From contig NW_003314283.1 of assembly GCF_000143415.4 (NCBI RefSeq), positions 506,752 to 570,751 on the forward strand: a stretch of DNA of 64,000 nt. The letters are read 5' to 3'. This DNA comes from Selaginella moellendorffii (taxonomy: Eukaryota > Plantae > Lycopodiophyta). Position 1 is the first letter of the stretch. Each line of letters opens with the position of its first letter. This document shows positions 53,660 to 64,000 of the stretch, one piece after another. The notes under the pieces were generated by a model. The model worked only from the letters and a program-made list of their open reading frames with translations. It was not told where the DNA came from and did not search any database. The position numbers and the translations under genes were made by a program.

Positions 53660-54249
53660 TGCATTTGACTCTGGAACGTCCATGTCTTGCCCCCATGTTT
53701 CAGGAATCGTTGCATTGTTGAAGGCCTATCAGCCAGAGTGAAGTCCTGTGGCTATCAAGCCAGCAATAGTAACCACAGGTTGGTACCACCAATTTGGGGG
53801 ATTTCCATTGTTTTGATCTAGTAAGATTCCAGGGTTCCAATCTGATAGCCTGGGAGAGCCTATAAAGAACATGCTCATGGTTCCTGCAACACCGGTGGCG
53901 GGCACATCAATCCAAATGCTGCAGCTCACCCAAGGCTTGTTTATGATGTTAACGAGACTGATTTCACAGGATTTCGGTGTGGATCGAGGCTAGAGACCCT
54001 TCTTTAAAGTATCCCTCAATTGCAATCTCCTCGCTGAGCAAAACGAAAACTATTCACAGACACATCACAAATGTTGATGCGACAATCTATACAGCAAGCG
54101 TGGATCATCCAAATGGTCTCTTGGTGTCTGTGGATCCCCCGGTCTTGGAATTCAAGCACGAAGGAGAGACCAAATCGTTTAAAGTCAACTTTGAAGTGAA
54201 GAAAGGTTCCAATGGAGACTGTGTGTTTGGATCTCTCACTGGCAAGTGA
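53660..54249 (+). pseudogene. Subtilisin-like protease C-terminal remnant
   Basis: SGTSMSCPHVSGIVALLK catalytic Ser motif, then GHINP, YPSIAI and CVFGSL; TGA in place of Trp; no N-terminal part. Confidence 0.8.
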
Positions 54250-54310
54250 ATGCCTGAAAAAAAGATCTTGTTAAATGTATCTTAAACCCAAGAAATGGAG
54301 TTCTATTAGA

Positions 54311-54516
54311 AAAATATTTTCAGTCCTAATGTCCCTTAGTGTTAGGGTAACCTTTTATGATATGGCCTTTTTCTTAGTTTATAAACCAACCCTAATCGTC
54401 CTCTGTTTTTAGGAAAATATTTTCAGTCCTAATGTCCCTTAGTGTTAGGGTAACCTTTTATGATATGGCCTTTTTCTTAGTTTATAAACCAACCCTAATC
54501 GTCCTCTGTTTTTAGG
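54311..54516 (+). repeat. Perfect 103-bp tandem duplication in the VPS39 promoter
   Basis: 54311-54413 equals 54414-54516. Confidence 0.9.
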
Positions 54517-54538
54517 GTTCTTCAGTGGCTAGGGCTTT

Positions 54539-57500
54539 ATGGTGCACAATGCGTTTGACGACGTGTGCGTGGTGAGGGATTGCCCCTCGAGGATCGAGAG
54601 CGCCATTGTCACGGAATCTGGCACCAGAGGTGAATTCCTCCATGTCGGCTGCATCGACGGGAGCCTGCGCATCTATTCGCTCCCGGACTCGTCACAAGAC
54701 GAGGAGGATCTCGGCGCGGAGCGCAGCAGGAGCTATGTGCTGCGGCGGACGATCGTGGGGTTCGCCAAGAAGGCGGTGTCGCAGATGGATCTGGTGAAAT
54801 CGCGGGGCGGGATGCTCATCACTCTCGCCGAGGCAGTGGCCGTCCATTCGCTACCAGGTTTCGAGCCTGTAGCGTTTCTTGCAAAGACGAAAGGGGCCAA
54901 TCTCTTCTGCTGGGACGAGCGAAGAGGATTGCTGTGCGTTGCCAGGCACAAGAAGCTTCTCATTTACAGGCACGATGGTAAAGCTCTCTCTCAAAATCTT
55001 TGCTTTGGAGTTCCTAGATAACTTTTTGATCTTGTTCTTCTTCTCTGCCTTTGCAGGAAGCAGGGATTTCACGGAAGTTAAAGAGATCTCCATTCCAGAT
55101 GTCGTGAAGTCCATGGTCTGGTGTGGCGATTGTGTTTGTCTTGGTGTGAAGCGCGAGTATGTTTTTGTAAATGCGGCAACTGGAGCGTCCACGGATATCT
55201 TTCCTTGCGGTCGAAGTGCCCCACCGCTCGTCGTTTCCTTGCCTCGTGGCGAGCTTCTACTTGGCAAGGTACTGGTTTTTTTGCATTTGTTTACTATCAG
55301 CTCCACTGATCCACATTCATGTCAACTTGATCAGGACAATATTGGAGTATTCGTAGATCAATCGGGGAAAGTAACCCCGCAAACTGCTTTAAGCTGGTCG
55401 GAATCGCCCTCAGCTGTGATGGTTCATCCACCATATATCCTTGCTCGGCTTTCAAGATTTATAGAGGTATGTCTCTATGGTTTAAGAGCTTCAAGTCCTG
55501 ACGTCAGAATTGACCCAGGTAAGAACGCTGAGGGAGCCTTACAGTGTCGTGCAAATGATAGCGCACAAAGACAAGCAGCTGCTACAGTCGAGTAGTTTCG
55601 GTTTGCTGGCCGCGTCTGAGAACTCTGTCTACAAGCTTGTCCCTGTCGCCATTGGCGTCCAGGTTTGTTTCTTACTTTCTTTTACGTTCGTTCTGCTTAC
55701 GTTACACTCTGGACTAGGTAGTGCAATTAGCGGCATCAGGCAACTTTGAAGATGCATTGGCGCTTTGCAAGCTAATGCCTCCCGAGGATGCATCTCTGCG
55801 AGCTTCGAAAGAAGATGCCATACACAAAAGGTAGGTGTTGAAAAAGCTTTCTCCAGCCTGACGAGTGTTTATGGGCAGATATGGCCAGTTTCTTTTCAGT
55901 CGCGGACAATATGTTGAAGCGTTGCAGCACTTCGCACTATCATCCATGAGTCTGCCGTCAATCATTGCGTTGTTCCCTTCAGTGAAGCTGCCGGAGTTTT
56001 GCGTATTTGATGAGTTCAAAGACATGGAGAACTCGGGGGAGCTAGAGGTGGATGAAAATAATAGCAACTCCGTCTCAACATCTATCTCTCTGGCGGCTTT
56101 GGCGACCTTCTTGATGAATAAACGAGGGGATGTCATTGCTAAGGCCGAGGCGAAAGATACGGACGAGGCACTGGCAGCTTTGTCTGAAACGGGTCACAAG
56201 GTACTCAATCCGATTATTTCTGACGCGCTATTTCTAAGCTGCAGCTTCTTACACAGCATAATGTTTCCACGAGACTGGAGCCAGACGATCCACGGAAGAG
56301 TGCTGCCGTCTTGGATACAGCACTTATCCAAGCGTTGTTGCTTACAAACCAGTCTCCAGTTGCAATTCAACTTCTTCGAGGCTCAAACTACTGCGACGTA
56401 GATGCGTGCCGAGAAATGATGCTTGCTGGAGGCTTTTACAAAGAGCTGCTAGAACTGTATCAGTTCAAGAAAATGCATAAAGAGGCTCTACAACTACTGG
56501 CTCGTTTGGTCGAGAACCCCGAGTCATTTCCAGTTCCACCTCCAAAGGATGCGTACGGCCCAGAGGCTCTTGTGGATTACTTGCAGGTAAGCTTATATCC
56601 TATTTCTCTATGTCTTATCAAGTATGGTTATCTTGTTTCGCAGCCTCTCGGGGGACAGGATCAGACACTTATCATGGAATTGTCGACACTAATTTTAAAG
56701 CTGAGTCCGGACCAGGCCATGAAGCTGTTTACGTCTACAAATCCTCCCCTACCTCCAAAGTATGTGCTGTTGAAGCTGAAGGCACACGCTCCTGATCTGC
56801 AGATTGTTTACCTTGAGGAAATGGTGAAGCACAATCCAGATTCTTTATCAGCAGAGTTTCAGAACGAGCTTGTAAGTTTGGTTTTTGGTTTCCTTGTAGA
56901 TCTTTGCTAAACTCTAATGTTTTACACAGATACTACTGTATTTGTCCAATGTCCTCGAAGGAAAGCCAGACGACTCAAAATCTAAATTATTGACCGCTCT
57001 AGAAACTTTCACCGCTTATAATGCTCGAGACATATTTCCCCGTTTTCCGGGGGAGGGTTTTTACGAAGAAAAGGCAGTACTTCTGGGACGAATGGAGTAC
57101 CACAAACTTACGCTTTCTATATATGTGCACAAGGTAAGCTATTCGTTTTTTATGCTTTGATCTCTCGATCATAATATTATCTTTTGCAGCTTCATAATCA
57201 AGAAAAGGCGCTAGCGTATTGTGATCGTGTCTTTGATCGTGTTGTTGAAACAGCATCACAGCCAATATTGAATGCACCCGTCGATCACAAGGCAGCGGAA
57301 TTGTACTCAAAGCTGCTGGAGATGTACCTTCGGCCCAAAAAGTCCCTCAAAGAACTTAAGCTAGCCCTTGCTAGTTTTGGTGGTCTCAAATACGATATAT
57401 CAAGAGCTGATGGAGCTGATGGAGCTGGCCTAGTACACAGGCACAAACACAAGGGACACGTTCGACACAAAGTCACTCAGATTGAAGACGCACTGAGTTT

Positions 57501-58065
57501 TACGAATGGCAACGAAAGTGCTACCGAAAGCAATAAGAGCGACACTGAAGAAAGTGTCGACGTGAGGACGGAGGATGGAATTATGCTGGAAGAAGCCATT
57601 CATCTACTGAGCAGCAGATGGGATCGCTTTCACGGCACCGAAGTCCTGTCGATGCTACCGTCCGATGCCAAGCTAAAGGTCCGTGATGTTTGTTTACACC
57701 TTTTTTAAAAACTCTTATTCTGATTTCATTGCTGTTGAAAGGATCTTCTTTCGTTTTTGGAACCACTGTTGCGGAGGTCCACTGAAAGAAGCCGGAATGC
57801 AGCGGTCATCGGGCGAGTGGAGTATAGCGATCACATAGAAGTACGTCTTTGTAGAGCCAAGCTATCTTTGTATTCTTTCTAATTCGCGTGCTTCCAGGTC
57901 CGTCATGAGCTGCTTCAATGTAGAGCACGGCGATTCAGACTCACGAACGAGACATTGTGCTCGATTTGTCGCAAAAAGATTGGACCCAGCGTTTTTGCAG
58001 TGTATCCTGGCGGTGCTTTTGCACATTTTGTTTGTTACTCTCAACACAGAGCTTCTGGAGCGTGA
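54539..58065 (+). CDS. VPS39: Vacuolar sorting protein 39 (CNH, Vps39 domains, C-terminal Zn finger), multi-exon
   Basis: MVHNAFD start, KTKGANLFCWDE, LDTALIQALL...NYCD, YEEKAVLLGRM, CSICRKKIGPSVFAVYP...HFVC. Confidence 0.9.
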
Positions 58066-58549
58066 AGTTCTTGTTGGTATTGTATCTCTTGTATAATGGA
58101 TTGAGGTTTGTAAATAGCTCATGTTGAGTTGAGAAGCTTCGTCATGGTGGAGCATCTCTTCTGTAAGCTTTCTGATTCATTTCTGCTTGCTTTTACTGAC
58201 GAATTTTTTCTTTGTTTTTAGGAAAAAGAGACAGTATGTGAAATTCGTAGTCCCTGGCATCCAGTCCAAAAGTTTCAAAGGTACCGTGGCCGTGGACAGC
58301 AGCGAGAAATAAACATGGGAGTTTTCGAGATGTTTCGGACAACATGAAGGCTTTCTTCCTGGTAAAAAAAAAACGAATTTAATTGCCCAACTTTTTCAAT
58401 GCTTGTGAAACGTCATAAGAAGATTTTATTAGCTGTGATGGGGGTATTTTCTTCATCCCATCACTCCGGATATTACATTTAACAACCTTTACATAGAGAA
58501 TTTCTTCGTTTACATTGTCATACAGCCCATTCCAAGACAACCATGCAAT

Positions 58550-59090
58550 TGTATCTGGAACATCCATGTCTTGCCCCCATGTCTCAGGAATAATTACGTT
58601 GCTGAAAGGATAATGGAGTCCACAGATAGTAACCACACGTACAACCATAAGATTTTCCTTATTAAAATTTTATCTTCTAGATTCCAACGTTGATAACCTG
58701 GGGGTGCCTGTAAAGGATGGTTCCCCCCCTTCAACTTTGGTGGCGGGCACATATCAATGCAAATGAACGCAACTCACCCTGGCCGTGTTTACGATGCCAT
58801 CGAAACCGGATTCACGGGCTTCCTGGCGCAATCCACGGAAGAAACTGGTTGTGCAATAGAGGAGAATATAGCGTCCAGCGATCTCATTTATCCCTCCATT
58901 GCAATCTCCTCGCTAAGGAAAACGAGAACTATCCACAGGCGCGTCACAATAACGTGGAAGACAATGCCACAACCTACATGGCGAGCGTGGAACATCCAGA
59001 CGGTGTCTTGAATCAGAGACCAAATCGTTTAAAGTCAACTTGAAAGTGAAGAAAGGCTCTAATGGGGATTGTGTTTTGGATGGTAACAAA
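58550..59090 (+). pseudogene. Second subtilase C-terminal remnant
   Basis: SGTSMSCPHVSGII and YPSIAISSL; colinear with 53660-54249; frameshifted. Confidence 0.75.
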
Positions 59091-59429
59091 GTGCGAGGCA
59101 CAATTGCATGGTTGATGAAACCGAAGCATGAAAAATGGTAGCACACTATCATTCAGTTTTACAATCACTTAGCAACATCCATGGCGCGGAGCTTTTGTGG
59201 CCGAGTTCCAGGCCTGCCACGTTGCGGTGATCTTTACTTTTGCGGCGTTCGAATCATCGAGCGATGACTTCAGCTGATCATGGGATCGCATCAATCTCTC
59301 GCGCCTGCCGATTGAGATGGGTTCGTACTTCTCAACCCTTGCAAGGCGAGGAGGAATCCATCGCGGCCATCCATCCACATATTTGAAAATGGACTAAGTT
59401 GAGGGGAACCTCTTCAAATTTCCCAGCTG

Positions 59430-60030
59430 AGCAGAAAAGAGCCTGGTCAAGATGACATTTTGGAGGTGGTTCTTAGCTTAGTGAACTTGGCCACTCTGTG
59501 TAGGTGCTCTTTGCAAATCATGGAACTCCATCATCAACAAGGTTGGTGCTTTTTACGACACGAAGCATGTTGAATGGACAGATTAGCGGTAGAATTTAAT
59601 TGTTTTTGTCTTGGTTTAGAAATAAATGCTCACGATCATTGGAGCTTTGCCAAAACAGTGGCGATCGATCTTTGCGTGTCATTACTGCCTCCTTCCATGG
59701 CCAGCGCTGCCATGCCTGGGATCTATTACGGGCGAAGTACACTGGGAAGTTTGCATTACCTTCGAAAGCTGTAGTAGTTGCTTTTGCAAGTGGCCTCGTA
59801 TGCATCCATAGGGGCCTCAACTCCTCTGTGATTCACCTGATGGTGGGCAATCCAAGAGTGGAGCCAACTACCACCGCTCCATCTGGAAGAAGGTCGAGTA
59901 TGTGATCGATTTTGACATGCTGTTGAAGTCGAGGCTGGGTGTATGCCAGGCTACAACGAGCTCCGCGTAGTTGATGGCTATGGCGTGTGGAAAGTTGATG
60001 ACAAGGGTGGCTTGGTTACAGTCTCGTCAT
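59430..60030 (+). pseudogene. Deleted, frameshifted copy of the downstream F-box gene
   Basis: Nucleotide blocks shared with 60590-61744 (GGTCAAGATGACATTTTGGAGG; GATGGCTATGGCGTGTGGAA...GGTTACAGTCTC). Confidence 0.8.
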
Positions 60031-60589
60031 GCGTAGTCATCCTGGGCATTGTTCAGCTTCTCGTCCCCGTTCATGCTAGGACGACTAAGCGTTGGGACGG
60101 AGTGCCCGTTAGATTTAAAAGTTTCATATCAGTATAATTTATCTGGAGTTGTGAGTGGCAATCTTTCTATCGAATGGTTCAGTCACCTCTTCTTGTAGCC
60201 AATGTGTAGAAGCATCAGCCATTCCTGATTCAAGCGCGGCAAAATTTCGCTAGTGACAGGAATCCATGGCGATCAAATTATTGCTTACTGCGTGTTTGTA
60301 AGAGCTCAAAAAATTCAAGGAAGCAGAGAAAGATCAATTTTCTTCGTCTTCATTATTGGATTCGTCTGATTTTCAGACAAAGAATCAGACGAAGAAAAGA
60401 AGATAGTTTTCATTTGCCCTATAAAAGCTTAAGGATCCACGAAGATAAAACTGTTTCGCTAAAGCACGTGGGTCTGGTTCAGAAAGTGCGTTCGTGCGTT
60501 GTGACTGGAATTTGTCGGACATAATTTTGTAAAAATCCGCGTTTGTGATCCTTTTTGGTCCTGGTAACAAAAGGGAAAGACCTAAAAGC

Positions 60590-61744
60590 ATGAAGAGAAG
60601 AAAAACGCTGTCGGAGCTACTCGGTCAAGATGACATTTTGGAGGCGGTTCTTACCTTTCTGGACTTGGCCACACTGTGTCGGTCCTCTGTGGTCTGCAAG
60701 TCATGGAAATCCATCATCAGCAATCCATCCTTTCGCCGTCGGTGGTGTCAAAATAGTGGAGAAAAGGAATCCTTGCGTGTTATGACTACCTCCTTGGATG
60801 GCAACCACTACGCCTGGGATCCATTACAGGCGAACCATATTGAGAAGTTTGCAATGCCTCCACAGGGCGTTTATGTCATTGCTTCTGCAGGTGGCTTGGT
60901 ATGCATCGCCACGAGCCACGATCTCTCTAAAGATGTGCTTCACCTGTTGGTGGCCAATCCAGTAACCCAAGAGTGGAGCGCACTACCAGAGCTCCATTCA
61001 GGGGACGTAGAAACAAGGCCTCCTGTGGGAGTGATCAGTGCCTCCATGTTTGTTGACAAAGTTGGCTTCAAAGTCGGCCTGCACTTTACCGGCCCCGACA
61101 GTTCAGGCCACTGGTGCTACATCTACGACTCAGCAAAACGTGCGTGGTCTTCTCTCCCCAAGCTCCCGTTCTCGCCAACTTACATTAAGATGAGGGAGCA
61201 GTGGAATATAGATTGTAGGTTTCCAGACATGGACGACTTCTTCTATGACCTTAGTATCCTGGGATTGTACGATTTTGGCCGCACCACATGGATAACGGGA
61301 GAAGTTGTGCGCAGCTTGAGGATTACAACAGGCCTGGAAGGCACGGTTGAACAAGATGAAGAGATCCTGCGTTGTGTTTTGCCACGTCCCGGTTGGTGCG
61401 CGGCGAGGCTGTGGGAGCACAATGGGCAGCGATACTTTGCAAGCGGCCGGGTGAATGCGGGAGGCTTCCGCGAGTTTTGGGGTGGAATTGATGGCTATGG
61501 CGTGTGGAAGGTTGATGACAAGGGTGGCTTGGTTACAGTCTCAGCAGTGCACTATAAAGCCATTTGTGATCAAGCTGGGCAGGACCATAACAGCACTTAC
61601 TGTTGTTCTACCCACGCAGAGGGCAATCTCGTCACCTTTTCACAGACAGGGCTTGTCTGTGTTTACAACTTGAGCACAGGGCGATGGGGCGGAGTTGGCA
61701 CAACCAAGGCAGTGATTTATCGCCCATCTTTCAGGACACTTTAG
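60590..61744 (+). CDS. F-box protein with F-box-associated/kelch-like C-terminus, intronless
   Basis: LGQDDILEAVLTFLDLATLCRSSVVCKSWKSII; IASAGGLVC; VANPVTQEWSALP. Confidence 0.85.
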   Translation: MKRRKTLSELLGQDDILEAVLTFLDLATLCRSSVVCKSWKSIISNPSFRRRWCQNSGEKESLRVMTTSLDGNHYAWDPLQANHIEKFAMPPQGVYVIASAGGLVCIATSHDLSKDVLHLLVANPVTQEWSALPELHSGDVETRPPVGVISASMFVDKVGFKVGLHFTGPDSSGHWCYIYDSAKRAWSSLPKLPFSPTYIKMREQWNIDCRFPDMDDFFYDLSILGLYDFGRTTWITGEVVRSLRITTGLEGTVEQDEEILRCVLPRPGWCAARLWEHNGQRYFASGRVNAGGFREFWGGIDGYGVWKVDDKGGLVTVSAVHYKAICDQAGQDHNSTYCCSTHAEGNLVTFSQTGLVCVYNLSTGRWGGVGTTKAVIYRPSFRTL

Positions 61745-61909
61745 ATCTAAATGGAAATGTTTCTTGGATAAAACTTCAAGATCCATGTCCATGATCGAGT
61801 TCAATATATATAGTCAAAATGCAAGTGTTTTGTAAGTTCCTGAAATATCTTAGACAAATTGGTTAAGGATAATCATTTCTACAAGTTGTTGCATTACGGC
61901 TTAGGGCTC

Positions 61910-62751
61910 ATGTCGAGTTTGAGAGCTTCGTCATGGTGGAGCGTCTCTTGTGCTAGTGCTCGCTCAGTGGTACTTCCATTTCTCTTTGCTTGGACGTTCT
62001 TTTGCTTACTCGAATTTTTCTCTAGAGGCCTGCCAAGATTAAGGTCCTGACCGTGGGGAAATCCCCAGACCCTGGCGTCCAAATGCTTCTGGATGGATAT
62101 AGTCGGAAGATTCAACGATACTGTGGCTTCCAAGTAGTGCAAGTCCGACCAAATCCAAAAAACTCCAGGCAAGTCTTAACATTCTCTCCAAGTTTTCCAG
62201 ATCTTTTTCATTCCCTTGCAGCGATCCAAAGGTCCAGATCGAGGCCGAGAGCGAGAATGCCATGCGAAACATCTCAACCAGCGACTGGGTGGGTACGCGA
62301 GAAAAGTTTTGGTTTTTTCCATTTGAAGTTTTGCGCGAGAAAAATCCCCAGGTTGCAGTGCTGGATGAAAATGGTCGAGACGTAACTTCGCTCGAGCTCG
62401 CAGACTTAATCGCTGATGCAGCAAACAACGTAAGCTTTGTTTTTCTCCAACTTCTTTTTTTGTTGGTCTTCGAGTTTTCCATTCTTTGTTCTTGGGATCA
62501 ATGTCAAAGCAGTGCAGCTCATCGCTACTTTTCTGTATTGGTGGACCATACGGACACGGCTCTCGCGTCAAAACTCGCGCAAATGTGACACTCCGGCTAT
62601 CCTCGCTGGTCCTCAATCACCAAGTCGCTCTTATCGTCCTCGTCGAGCAAATTTATAGGTGCGAATCCATTCGATTCTTCGTTTCACGATCTAAGCCTCC
62701 CAGCTTTTTAGATCCTGGACGATCCTGAGAGGCGAACATTACCACCACTGA
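61910..62751 (+). CDS. RlmH-like SPOUT RNA methyltransferase, multi-exon
   Basis: VAVLDENGRDVTS, FCIGGPYGHG, LSSLVLNHQVALIVLVEQIYR, WTILRGEHYHH*. Confidence 0.88.
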
Positions 62752-63224
62752 AGAGGAAAAAGTTCCATTTTTCTTTGCTTTCTCGAGCAAATCTAAGCTG
62801 GAAGATCCCTCACTAGAGTTTTTTATCTGGAGGAGAAAACTTCAAACGATGACCGTCCGATCGGGGTCTTATAATCGAACGGTGGTAAGCCTAGTGGGGC
62901 TTCCTTTATTTTTATTTTCTTCCCCTTGTGTTGGAGAAAGAAGGGCGGAGCGCTCCATGATTCGTCAGACTGGGCGTGGATGGGAGCTGGCGAGATTCTA
63001 GATCGCGTCACAGGTCTCCAGCAGGCGCCAATGATAGCAAAAGCCAGGGTTCTTTGGAGCGATCTCCATTCTCCGCGCGTCTGGAAGAATTTCTTGGATA
63101 ATCTTGCCCGGATTGTCGAGCGGGCACTAGTTTAGTCGTGGTGGCAGGGTGTTTTGGACCGATCCTGTCGCTGCTAATTGATTTGGGAGTGATTCTGGCG
63201 TAGGGGAAGAGATTTTTTACTCCG

Positions 63225-64000
63225 ATGAGGGCTGGATCGCGCAGATTGTGTAAAGCTCTTGCGCAGGCAGCCACCAGAAGGGATTTTTTCTCTAGGGAAG
63301 TTCTCGAGACCAGCGCTCCGGTTTATTGTCAAGGCAGTGAAAGGATTTTCACCCTCCAAAGGAGATTGGCGAGTTCTACTATCGACACAAAGAACAATAA
63401 TCCTGGTAATTAACTCTATTTCTCGTTTTTCCTTTTTAACTTTTAAAGCTCAAACATTCTATCCAGCTTCCAGGCCTCCAACTCTAAAGAGTGGAAATTC
63501 GAGAAGTTTGGAGCTAGAGAGAGCGGGACCTTTGGTCGAGTATGAGAGAAGAATTTCTGCTGGGCACCTTCTCCCCGGAGATAAATATCAGGTACGCTTT
63601 GGAAGCTTTTTTTTTCTTCCTTTCATTCATTTGCCTGTTTGATTTTATTCATGTAGGAGGATGCCTTGCGAGCTCTGCAAGCTCTGTTTGACTTGCTCAA
63701 AAGCACTGCTGCGGAGAGTAGGCTTGATAGAACGAGTGCCGAACAATCTCACGGAAGGTTTTAATACTTTTGGTAGAGAGACCACTTGATTTTCCAGCAA
63801 GCTAATCAGTCTTCTCTCAGAAGCAAGAGCTGGTGGTCTGAGTTGCTGTCTCCAACACCATCCGTGCCATCAGTAAGAGGCCTGTATTTGTATGGCGGCG
63901 TTGGCACCGGCAAGACGATGCTGATGGATATGTTCTACGAGCAATTGTGAGTTTTCTCTTGGTCTCTTGTTTTGTTTAACTTGATGGGTCAACAAGTGTA
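63225..64000 (+). CDS. AFG1-like (ZapE/LACE1) ATPase, 5' part; runs past the window end
   Basis: GPLVEYERRISAG...GDKYQ and Walker A exon GLYLYGGVGTGKTMLMDMFY at ~63880-63945. Confidence 0.85.

Overview
Eukaryotic, non-seed-plant-type DNA with compact genes and 45-75 nt GT-AG introns; a lycophyte such as Selaginella is likely but inferred. Two gene-dense arms flank a ~38 kb block of nested transposons. Left arm (1-14.7 kb): F-box/LRR, rhodanese-PpiC, RNR small subunit, two tandem LHT-type amino-acid permeases separated by a long hairpin, and an ABCB transporter. TE block (14.8-52.6 kb): a decayed Helitron split by a near-intact Ty3/gypsy element that has a clear -1 frameshift signal, then an inverted, heavily deaminated second copy of that gypsy family holding two solo LTRs and a Ty1/copia, which in turn holds LTR debris and a further solo LTR. 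The innermost and best-preserved element is the main find: a 13,660-bp DNA transposon (31274-44933) with 23-bp perfect TIRs and a TAA target duplication. It encodes a 1022-aa Sola-like DDD transposase and a divergent 11-exon gene of ~1645 codons that appears to fuse a ParB/Srx-like domain, a degenerate DNA-methyltransferase-like region, an acidic tract and an FCP1/NIF-type HAD phosphatase. About 28 copies of a 22-bp palindrome, ATGGCRTG-N6-CAYGCCAT, are spread through this element, often in its introns, and I saw none elsewhere. Right arm (53.6-64 kb): subtilase remnants, VPS39, an F-box gene and pseudogene, an RlmH-like SPOUT methyltransferase and the start of an AFG1-like ATPase. All domain calls come from motif recognition by eye, not from database searches.
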